Shown here: positions 51,453 to 62,684 of the stretch, in pieces
How the letters are laid out: each line of letters starts with the position of its first letter
Position numbering within the stretch: the first letter of the stretch is position 1
Assembly: GCF_006345805.1 (NCBI RefSeq)
Contig: NC_043005.1
Span: 50,034,001-50,098,000, forward strand
DNA from: Octopus sinensis
Lineage: Eukaryota
DNA: 64,000 bases
Reading direction: 5' to 3'
Made by a program: the position numbers and the translations under genes
Notes under the pieces: generated by a model
The model's input: the letters and a program-made list of their open reading frames with translations, nothing else
Databases searched by the model: none
Told to the model about the DNA's origin: nothing

Positions 51453-52115
51453 CAAAGAGCAATAAAGGATTCAAGTTAATTTAAAAAAATTTACTTGAAT
51501 ATGGTACCTAACTTAGATGCACCAAAAAAAAAACTATACTGATTTAACATACAGTAATGTGGGGTGATTATAAGCGAGAAAGACGCAACAAAATGGATAG
51601 GTTTTTAGTACGATCGTTTCATCAAGGGACAGTTTTATTAAAAGTTGCAAAGATTACAGCATATAAACGAGTCCGTACTCATCAGCTAAAATACATGTAA
51701 GTTCTCAGACATCCTAGTGTTTGAGGCTATACTCATGAAGTATGTAGATAATTAAACAGATTTCTAAAGTTCATTAAAGTTCTTTAAAGATGATGTACAG
51801 TCTTATCACAGAATTTAAAAAAGTTTTGATAGCACATCACAGAGAAGGTGACCTAATCCATATGAATTTCCATAGATATGATGAGGGATTATATACTCAC
51901 AGAAGACAAATTTACCATTGTTAATTACAACGAGGTGGGTCTCAATTCCTGCTATTAGCATTACAGAGAGGGTGAATTAATCCTTGTATATAGCACAGAT
52001 TCCAATGGTGTAGATGTAAAAATTTCCAGAGAAATGGAGATGAATTTCATATTCACAGGCGATAAATTTTACAATGGTTGAACACAATGAGGTAGGTATC
52101 ATTATATATATATAT
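51453..52115 (-). mobile_element. About 660-bp non-coding HHR-bearing element ending in (TA)n
   Basis: No recognisable ORF. Carries the minus-strand HHR and the shared 76-bp module; TA runs at both ends. Confidence 0.5.
51603..51691 (-). ncRNA. Type I hammerhead ribozyme motif, long stem II, GUA cleavage triplet
   Basis: Minus strand: UUUUAG-CUGAUGA-[58 nt]-GAAA-CGAUCG-U-A-CUAAAA. 6-bp stem I, intact core, palindromic stem III. Stem II is imperfect (G-U closing pair, GGAC/GUCC). Confidence 0.75.
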
Positions 52116-53561
52116 CATACACAAAGCACATGCATATATATCCACACGTATCCATATGTGTAAACATTTACATAGAGAATTACAGTCACAATAATACACA
52201 TATTGGTGCCACATAAAAAAAGCATTGGTCCTGGTGCCATGTAAAAAGCACTGGTGCTGGTACTATATAAAAAGGCACTGGTGCTGGTGTCACATAAAAA
52301 AATATCAGTACTAATGTAAAAAGCATCCAGTACACTTGATAAAGCAGTTGACATTTGGAAGGGCATCCAGCTGTAGGAACTAAGCCAAAATAGACAATGG
52401 AGCATGGTATGGCTTTCAGTCTTAGCAGCTCCCATAAACTGTCCAACTCATGCCAGCATGGAAAATGAATGTTAAATGATGACGATGACGATGATGATGA
52501 TGATGATGACAATGATTGGAAAAAAAACTTCCTTCATATTTCAACACATCATCATTAAGAATCTCACCTGTATTATTGATTCTGTTATGAGTTGGTAATA
52601 TCTCAAGAATTAAGACAATTGGAATAATCAAGTCTGTAGTGACTGACATAAAGACGTACTCAGCTCTACCCAAGCTATTTTGTTTTCTAATTATTTCATC
52701 TTATTTTCAATCTGGGTGTGTGTGGTAAGTGTCTACAGTAGGTTTGGACTGACCAAAGCGTTGTGAGAAGCGTTGGATGGAAACTGGAAGAAGCCCTCGT
52801 GTAAGCATGTGTGTGTGTATATATATAAATATACATATACATACCAGACATATATGGACCACCTCTTTCCAGAGGTAGAAATGAGATTGTATAGGGCCAA
52901 TGCCACTACCTAGGGGAAAAGTATGATTACAGATGCATCAATGACTGCTGAGGTTGACTTTGCCTTTCATCATTTTAAGGTTGATAAAATGAGTACTGGG
53001 GTCGATGTAGTTGCCTAGTCCTCACCAACAAATTCTCAGGCCTTGTGCTTATAGTAGAAAGGATTATTATTATTATATTATTATTATTATATTATTATTA
53101 TTATTATTATATTATTATTATTATTATTATTATTGTCAAAGGTGGTGAGCTGGTGGAATCGTTAGCAAGCTGTGCTAAATGCTTAGCGGTATTTCGTCTG
53201 ACTTCATATTTTAAGTTCAACTGCCGCTGGGGTCACCTTTGCATTTCATCCTTTCGGGGGTCGATAAATTAAGTACCAGTTGAGTACTGGGGTTGATGTA
53301 ATAGACTAGTCCCCTCCTCCTCAAATTTCAGGCTTTGTGCCTAAAATAGAAAGGGTTATTATTGTTGTTGTTGTTGTGGTGGTGGTGTTGATGGTAAATT
53401 GGCAGAATTGTTTGAGTGTTATACATAATGCTCTGCTGTATTTCTTCAGATGCTTTACATTCTGTGTTTAAATATTACTGTAGTCACCTTTGCTTTTCAA
53501 TTTTAAGAAGTTAATAAAATCGTGTACCAGTCAAATGCTGGGGTTTGATGGTATCAACTAA

Positions 53562-53795
53562 GGCAGCGAGCTGGCAGAAACGTTAGCGCGCTGGGCGAAA
53601 TGCTTAGCAGTATTTCGTCTGTCGTTACGTTGTGAGTTCAAATTCCGCCGAGGTCGACTTTGCCTTTCATCCTTTCGGGGTTGATAAATTAAGTACCAGT
53701 TACGCACTGGGGTCGATGTAATCGACTTAATACCTATGTCTGTCCTTGTTTGTCCTCTCTATGTTTAGCCCCTTGTGGGTAATAAAGAAATAGGT
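53562..53795 (+). mobile_element. SINE family B, full length
   Basis: Same sequence as 41851-42080 in the opposite orientation. Many decayed copies at 32.5, 34.8-35.5, 40.6, 51.2 and 53.1-54.3 kb. Confidence 0.9.
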
Positions 53796-54351
53796 ATCAA
53801 CTCAGACTCACTTCACATTCTTTTCAGACATGTCTTACATTTGTTTGGAAAAAACAAGATGATATTAAAACAGGTTAGTAGTAATAACTTTTCCACTATA
53901 GGCACAAGGCCTCAAATTTTGGGCAATGGGACAAGTTGATGACATCAACTGCTGTGCTCAACTGGAAATTATTTTATTGACCCTAAATGGAAGAAAAGCA
54001 AAGTTGACCTTGTTGAAATTTGAACTCAGATCATGATTACAGATGAAATTCCACTAAGAATTCTGTTTGATGTTCTAATGTTTTTGCCAGCTTGTTGCCT
54101 TAACAGGCTTCTTGTAATAATCGTTTTTACTATAGGCACAAAGCCTGAAACTAGGCGGGAGGAGGTAAGTTATAACATTGACCCTAATGCTTAACTGATA
54201 CTTAATTTATTGAACCCGAAAGATGAAAAGCAAGGTTGACATTGGCAGATTTTGAACTCAGAAAGTAAGGATGAGCGAAATACTGCTAAGCATTTTGTCC
54301 AGCATGTTAATGATTCTGCAAGCTTGCTACCTTAACACCGTTCTCTCTCCC

Positions 54352-54398
<47 letters not shown>

Positions 54399-55790
54399 CA
54401 CACAGTGTATTGCTCCAGTATTACTTGGGCTAGTGATGATAGATCAAAAGTATATATAACATGAAACTGAATGTTAATTTTATACCAGTGCTTTTTTTAA
54501 AATCATCACTACATTCGATCATACACATTGTTTATTTCAACAGGATAATTTTTAAGGTCGTGAACCAATATAGACACCTTGAAATTAAGTTACTTGCTGG
54601 TCCCTCCCTACTCTCTATCTCTCTTTTATTATTATATTATAGATTACTGTATCTAGTGGTAATACAAACTAAATTTTTCAAAACCATGATTATTTTTTAA
54701 TCTCTGCTCAATCTCCCATTTGTGTTATGTACATATTAGGCACAAGAAAGATTTTTTTTGTACGTTTTTTGGAGTAAAACTGCATCCAGTAGCTATCTTG
54801 AATGTTTTGTTGAGTGTTGTGTTTATTGCAGTATGTTATTAAAGCCCTAAGATGCTGCCCAAATGCCCTACACCTTCTAAGGCTTCTGGCAGTGAGCCTA
54901 AGCTATAGTAGAAGACACCTGCTTCTGTAACTTTGTTTTTATTTTTGTGGGTAGGAAAGTTGGCCCTTAATAAACCCCTTTTACTTCTGGAAAGAGGTGG
55001 TCCATATTAATCTGGTTTCTATCTCTTGACCTGTCCAAAATGTGACACTCTACCAGGAGTTTGTAACTCCACTATCATAGCCCTCAGCTATCACACCATG
55101 ATAAAGACTGGGCTTTGTGAGCACAACTAATGTATATAGTTATTGAGAATCTCAGTTATGAATGGCTGGCCCTTTGAATTACAGGTACACCTCATTTCTG
55201 CCAGCTGAGTGGACTTGAGCAATGTGAAATAAAGCGCCTTGCACAACATGCTGCTGGGACTTGAACTCATGACTTTATGATCATGAGCTGAACAGTTGTA
55301 AACTGTTCACATTAGTGAAGTCTAATCTGTTGTAAACGTCTGGATCAGATCCACTCATAATCATTTCCCTCCTGATTGGCCACAGTACACTTAAAAACAA
55401 TCATGGGTTCTCCACCCCATGTCAGTGACATGTAAAAAGCACTTTTCAAACTTTGGGCCTCACAGAAGCAGTGACACGTGGCTGAGACCGTTGGTGATAT
55501 ACCATGCTTGAAAAGACTGGTCAAGTCAAGTGAGATCATAGTCGTGGCCGATGCTGGTGCTTCATAACTGGCACCTGTGCCAGTGGTGCATAAAAGTCAC
55601 CCACTACACTCTTAGAGTGGTTGGTGTTATGAAGGGCATCCAGCTGTAAAAACCATGCCAAATCAGATTGAAATCTGGTGCACCTCTCCAACCGTCTAAC
55701 CCATGCCAGCACGGAAAACAGACGTTAAATGATGATGATGATAATCCATTGCTTTTGCATTCACTTTCCCAATGCTGGTATGGTTAAAAG

Positions 55791-56016
55791 CAGTGGTTCT
55801 CAACCATTTTTGTCTATGGATCCTTTTGATTCCTATTTTACTCATAGCTATTCAGCATTTAAAAAAAATCTTATTACATTTTTACAATTAAATATCATTA
55901 GGAACTGTATAAATAAAATTGTTAAAATATTTTTGTGCATTGTAGAAGTACAATCAGTTTGTTGCAGATAAACTTTAACAACAAAATCTTACGTGGACCC
56001 CAGTTGAGAACCACTG
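55791..56016. mobile_element. hAT-type MITE
   Basis: Perfect 14-bp TIR CAGTGGTTCTCAAC. TSD GTTAAAAG / GTTTAAAG. Confidence 0.88.
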
Positions 56017-56029
56017 GTTTAAAGTTTAA

Positions 56030-56249
56030 CCCTTTAGCATTTAAACTGGCCATACCTGGTCAAAATAATCTAGCTGTTTTATCTTCAAACTGGCCAGATT
56101 CAGCCTCTCACACCTACTCTACGATGTCATTATAAAAATAAACAATCACATCATTGAAATCTCAAAGCTACAAAGTAATGCATGATTAATTGAAAACAAT
56201 GTGACTAAATAAGCTTTACATTTGACAGAATAATCTGAATGCTAAAGGA
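56030..56249. mobile_element. piggyBac-type MITE
   Basis: TTAA|CCCTTTAGCATT...AATGCTAAAGG. Further copies at about 47848-48065 and fragments at 12024-12085 and 12655-12870. Confidence 0.8.
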
Positions 56250-57388
56250 TTTGACCAAACTTCTTGATGTTGCATTTTATAACTGCATAACACCAACTTT
56301 TTGTTTTCAAGTCATGTACCTTATTCCCTCCATCACAAGTTCCAGCCCTTGTCGCATAGTGGGTTGTGTGCATCAATGACCCTGAGAACTATGCTAGTGG
56401 AGTGCAGGCTCTTGGTAGGGCCTCTCATGCTAGACCCAGGGCTAAATAACCACAAAAAGAGAGATTGTTACAACTAACATATGTCTTCTTTCTTCTTTAA
56501 GCCCAAAGGATAGAGCCCACACTAATACTGAACCACCTCTTTCCAGAGATAAAAATTGGATTGCGTAGGGCCAGCACCATTACCTAGTAAAAAGCAAAGT
56601 CACAGATGCTTTGAACACAATCCCAAACCAACAAGATCTGGGAAAGGAAGGCTTTTCTCAAGGAAACATTGGCAGGGTACTGAAGCAGAGCTGAAAAAAA
56701 AAATACAGGGATCCATCTGGGAAGAAGCAGAAAAGACAGCCCAGAGTTAAGAACAGTGAAAAAAAAGTTGTTGATGGCCTATGCTCTATAGGGAATGTAG
56801 AAAAAAAATGGTAAAGTTACTTTCTTGAGTCATAGTAACTAGTAAAGGTTAGTTTCCTGGTTTCATGGTGTATATATTACCCACCTGGACAGGGAGCTAG
56901 TCCGTCACAGGATTATTCATTTTTGGCAGTTGAGTTGACAGGAACAATGTGAAATGTAGTGTTTTGCTCAAGAACACAATGTGTCACCCAGTCCAGGAAT
57001 TGAAACCACAGTTTTATGAACATGAGTCCAACACCCTAACCACTAAACCATCGATGCAGTTCCACATAGGGAGTGAAGAGTTTAAGTAGGTACATTTTAT
57101 TAATTGTCTTTACTATGCTGAACTGCCAAACCACCAGACATTTTGTTCATGCAAAGACATCATTGCTACATAAACACAGCATAGCTATTGAAATAGTGTC
57201 AATATAAATACACACACACACACACACGCACATGCAGTGGGCTTCTGTAGAATTTCTACCCACCAAAATTTTACTCATGTGACACTAGTCAATCAGGCAT
57301 CATAGTAGGAAACTTTTGCCCAAGGTGCCCATTCTGTGACACTGAACATCAAAGCACATGGTTGCAAAATAAAATTCTTAACCATATA

Positions 57389-57793
57389 GGCGCAGGAGTG
57401 GCTGTGTGGTAAGTAGCTTGCTTACCAACCACATGGTTCTGGGTTCAGTCCCACTGCGTGGCACCTTGGGCAAGTGTCTTCTACTATAGCCTTGGGCCGA
57501 CCAAAGCCTTGTGAGTGGATTTGGTTGGCAGAAACTGAAAGAAGCCCGTCGTATATATGTATATATATATATGTGTGCGTGTGTGTGTGTCTGTGTTTGT
57601 CCCCCTAGCATTGCTTGACAATCGATGCTGGTGTGTTTATGTCCCCGTCACTTAGTGGTTCGGCAAAAGAGACTGATACAATAAGTACTGGGCTTACAAA
57701 GAGTAAGTCCCGGGGTCGAGTTGCTCGACTAAAGGCGGTGCTCCAGCATGGCCGCAGTCAAATGACTGAAACAAGTAAAAGAGTAAAAGAGTA
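57389..57793 (+). mobile_element. tRNA-headed SINE family A, full length
   Basis: Head GGCGCAGGAGTGGCTGTGTGGTAAG...GGTTCAGTCCC, internal (TA)/(GT) microsatellite, GAGTAAAA tail. More than 25 copies or fragments in the window; other plus-strand copies at about 44560-44910, 48985-49435 and 63440-63835. Confidence 0.9.
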
Positions 57794-57964
57794 ATATGGC
57801 TATGCATGCACCTTACAAAAGTAATTCTAAATAAAGCATAAGGTGATAGTGGAGTATGTGACTGCTTCTTTGAAATGTATACAAGTCATGTTCTTCCATA
57901 CTAGCATGGATTAGTTACATATATTATTAAGGTATTATTTTATAGCCTGATAACCTTTTTTCCT

Positions 57965-58290
57965 TGTGAAGACACATGGCTCAGTGGTTACAGTGTTAGG
58001 CTCACATTTATGAGGTGGTGAGTTTGATTCCTGTACTGGGCTCTGTGTTGTGTTCTTGTGCAAGACACTTTATTTCGCATTGCTCCAGTTTACTCAGCTG
58101 TAGAAATGATTTGCGATGTCACTGTATTGGCCTTTGCCTTTCCCTTGGATAACATCATTGGCATGGAGAGTGGAGGCTGGTATGCATGGGCGACTGCTGG
58201 TCTTCCATAAATAACCTTACTGGACTTGTGCCATGGAGGGCAACTTTCTAGGTGCAACTGCATGGTCATTCATGACTGAAGGGGGCCTTT
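57965..58290 (+). mobile_element. tRNA-headed SINE family D
   Basis: Head like family C, distinct 3' body ending CATGACTGAAGGGGGCCTTT. Reverse copy at about 2175-2470. Confidence 0.8.
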
Positions 58291-58478
58291 ATACTTTCTG
58301 ATGCCCATTTTCCCATGTAAGGCATCCAAATGCAAAGGCAGCAGATTATTTGTTGACATTGGAAATGTCAACAACATTACCACATGTATACAGCAACAAT
58401 TTTCAGTGAAGCTAAAAACACAAAGAAACAAGCGCAGGTAGGCAATGCCCTCACCCACAAAATTTACACATGTATGAG

Positions 58479-58556
<78 letters not shown>

Positions 58557-58710
58557 ATATGTATGTGTGTTTGAAAACCCCACTGGAATGGGAGAAAGCG
58601 CTAATAATCTGAATGATATGATCTGAATGATATATATATATGTAAAAAATGTAATATATAAATAAATATCTATAAACATGAACCATCCGATCTTCTGATT
58701 ACCTCATTTC

Positions 58711-58767
<57 letters not shown>

Positions 58768-59932
58768 ATATATATATATATATATCATCAGCATCTAACA
58801 TGTGACTTCCATGCTGGCATGGAAGGGATGGTTTGACAGGAGCTGGCATGGCCAGGAGCCACACCAGGTTCCATAGTCTGTTTTGACATGGTTTCTACAG
58901 CTTGATGCCCTTCCTAATGCTAACCACTTTAGAGTGTACTGGATGCTTTTTATGTGGCGCCATTACTACTGCTTTTTACATGGCACCAGTGCCTCTTATG
59001 TGGTTCCAGCACCAGTTCTTTATACATGGCACCAGCACCAGTGCTTTTTATGTGACACCATCACCAGTACCATTTATGTGGCACCAGCATCAGTGTGTTT
59101 TTATACGGCACCCGCACTAATCCTTTTATGTGGAACTAGTACCAATGCTTTTTATGTGCCATCTTAGTGCTTAGCATGGCCATTGCCAGTACCGTCTGAC
59201 TGGCCCTCGTGCTGGTAGCATGTAAAAGCACCCACTACACTCTCGGAGTGGTTGGCGTTAGGAAGGGCATCTAGCTGTAGAAACTCTGCCAGATCAGATT
59301 GGAGTCTGGTGCAGCCATCTGGTTCGCCAGACCTCAGTCAAATCGTCCAACCCATGCTAGCTTGGAAAGTGGACGTTAAACAATGATGATGGTGGTCTTC
59401 TAGTTTCGATCTACTAAGTCTATTCACAAGACATTCGCTCACTTAGGATACATTCATATGTGTGTATATCTGTGTGTGTGTGTGTGTGTGTGTGTGCATG
59501 TGTGTAGTGCACATGCATGCATGTATGTGTATTCTAGTTTGTCTACAAAAGGAGAAGGCAGTATTCATTTTTCTTGCATCTCGTGATTCTTGCCAATATA
59601 ATGTTTTTGTTGTTCATATCTGAAGACCATGGGTGTCATGAAATACAAAGTATAAGAAGAAAAATTTATTTTGATATATCATAATCATGAACATCATTAT
59701 TACTGTTGTCATCATCATCATCATCATCATCACATTTTTTATCTGTGTTTTTTTTCCAAGGCAATATTGAATGTCATTTGCCCTTTCTGGTGCCAGACTG
59801 CTATTTATTTTCAAATAAGTTTCTGCTTATTCAAATGGTCTTTGCATACTGAATGACTAAAACGAGGTGTTTTTGTTTACAGGAAATGTAAATAAAAATT
59901 GTTGATGCCAATGTGAAAATACACAGAGACAA

Positions 59933-59971
<39 letters not shown>

Positions 59972-60751
59972 TACAGACACACATACACACGTACACATAC
60001 ATCATCAGCATCATTTAATGTCTGCTTTCCATGCTGTCATGGGTCGGACAGTTTGACAGGAGCTGGCAAGCTGGAGGGTTGCATGAGGCTCCAGTTGCCT
60101 GATTTGGCATAGTTCTCAAGGCTGGATGTCATTCCAGGTGCCAACCGCTTTACTGAGTATACTGGTTGCTTTTTACATGGCAGCAGTACAAGTGTTCTTT
60201 ACACGGCACCAGCACAGGTGCTTTTTGCGTGGCACCAGCACAGGTGCTTTTTACATGGCACCAGTGCAGGTGTTGTTTACATGGCACTAACATAAGTGCT
60301 TTTTGTATGGCACCATCACAGGTGTTTTCTACATGACTCCAGCACAGGTGTTCTTTACATGGCACAAGCACAACTCCTTTTTGTGTGGCACCAGCAACAG
60401 GTGTTATTTATGTGGCACCAGTACAGGTGTTTTTTAACATGGTACCAACACTGGTACTTTTATGTGACTCCATACAAACTCCTCAAAACACACATATCAC
60501 TCTCACACGTTGATGGGCTTATGAATGGCTTCCCATCCAAGAATTTCTTTCTTGCATTGATATGATACTACAAGCAATTGAACCTGAAACCATGAAGTGA
60601 GCTTCATAAGCACACAGCTGTGTCAAGGCTCGTGGAGCTAATTCTGGATAAAGAATTTGAAGTTTGAGTTCAATTCATTTGAACATTACTAGGTATTTCT
60701 ATACTGAGCATGTCTAGCTCTCATTTATTGTCTCTCTGTCTATCTGTAAAT

Positions 60752-61038
60752 ATGTATGTATGTATGTATGTAGTATGTATGTATGTATGTATGTATGTAT
60801 GTATGTATGTATGTATGTATGTATGTATGTATGTATGTACACACAAGTGCATGCATGCACACATACATATATACATACATACATGCATACATACATACAT
60901 ACATGCATACATACATACATACATACATACATACATACATACATACATGCAATCATACATACATACATACATACATACATACACACATACATACATACAT
61001 ACATACATACATACATACATACATACATACATACATAC
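60752..61038. repeat. (TATG)n followed by (CATA)n, an inverted tetranucleotide array
   Basis: Orientation switches at about 60838-60860. Confidence 0.9.
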
Positions 61039-62300
61039 AAAAATAACCTGTTGCTGATGTTGATATTTTAATGAAGGTGTCTTGGGTCTAGGTTAGAAAC
61101 TGGTTCATTCTCTATTGGCAACAAATCTTGAAATAAAACTGAACAATCACATACCTACCTACCTACCTACCTACCTACGTATATACGTATGTACATAAAT
61201 ACATCCATCCATCCATCCATCCATCCATCCATCCATCCATCCATCCAACCATCCATACATACATACATACATATTTACATACATGCATGCATGCATACAT
61301 ACATACATACATACATACATACATACATGTAACACACTGCCTAAATACCAATCTTGAGAAATTAGGCTCCTCAAAGCCAGAAAGGAGAAAGCTAATTTGA
61401 AGACAGATTCAATCCATCACTGGAACTGTAAAAATCTGTAAAACTATCAAGAAGTTTATAATTTACGTATATATGTGCATGTGTAGATATGTAACTATAT
61501 GCATGAAAATACATACATAAAACATTAGAATACATACATAAAACAAAACATACAAATCTGCACACATACATACATACATACATACATACATACATACATA
61601 CATCATACATACATACAATACATACATACATACATACATACATACATACATACAACATACATACATACAAAAATACCTGTTGCTGATGTTGATATTTTAA
61701 TGAAGGTGTCTGGGTCTAGGTTAGAACTGGCTCATTCTCTATTGGCAACAAATCTTGAAATAAAACTGAACAATCACATACCTACCTACCTACCTACCTA
61801 CCTACGTATATACGTATGTACATAAATACATCCATCCATCCATCCATCCATCCATCCATCCATCCATCCATCCATCATCCATCCATCCATCCAACCATCC
61901 ATACATACATACATACATGCATACATACATACATGCATACATACATACATACATACATACATACATACACATACATACATACATGTAACACACTGCCTAA
62001 ATACCAATCTTGAGAAATTAGGCTCCTCAAAGCCAGAAAGGAGAAAGCTAATTTGAAGACAGATTCAATCCATCACTGGAACTGTAAAAATCTGTAAAAC
62101 TATCAAGAAGTTTATAATTTACGTATATATGTGCATGTGTAGATATGTAACTATATGCATGAAAATACATACATAAAACATTAGAATACATACATATAAC
62201 AAAGCATACAAATCTGCACACATACATACATACATACATACATACATACATACATACATACATACATACATACATACATACATACATACATACATACATA
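61030..62300. repeat. Tandem duplication, unit about 630-660 bp
   Basis: Terminal module at 61047 and 61676; ORF end at 61338 and 61994. Confidence 0.9.
61338..61785 (+). mobile_element. 3' end of an RLE-type non-LTR element with (CATA)n-containing UTR and tail
   Basis: [41 protein letters not shown], then UTR, (CATA)n, a 105-bp terminal module with AATAAA, and a (CCTA/CATA)n tail. Confidence 0.65.
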
Positions 62301-62535
62301 CATACATACATGCATAACATATCATTTAAGGATATATGAGCATGTCTAGACATGCAACCATATGCATGAGAATGCATACATAAATCAAAACATACAAATC
62401 TTCACATATACATACATACATGCAAAATACCCTGTGGTTGATGTTGAAATTCCAGTGAAGAAATTCATTGGATCTAGGTTAGAAACTCGCTCTTGGCATG
62501 AAATCTTGAAATAAAACTGAATAATGACATACATG
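61994..62535 (+). mobile_element. Duplicate ORF end plus a more divergent UTR/terminal module of the same (CATA)n element
   Basis: 61994-62220 is nearly identical to 61338-61560. 62320-62530 is a diverged UTR plus terminal module. Confidence 0.65.
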
Positions 62536-62553
62536 CATGCATACATACATACA

Positions 62554-62586
<33 letters not shown>

Positions 62587-62627
62587 GCAACATTGTTATT
62601 ATCATCATAATCATCCTCCTCATCATC

Positions 62628-62684
<57 letters not shown>

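Noticed and set aside
52566-52673. Minus-strand donor-like CAG|gtgaga ending a frame ...RINNT-G, a candidate upstream Syd-1 exon
   Set aside because: The phase fits, but the peptide does not resemble the expected RhoGAP sequence and there is no convincing acceptor.
59612-59660. CTGAAGA...GAAA-TAC-AAA-GTAT-A hammerhead-like string
   Set aside because: Stem III forms, but stem I and the stem II closing pair do not.
47140-60475. Short regularly spaced repeats as a CRISPR-like array
   Set aside because: These are degenerate minisatellite units inside RTE 3' UTRs, with no unique spacers, in a eukaryotic context.
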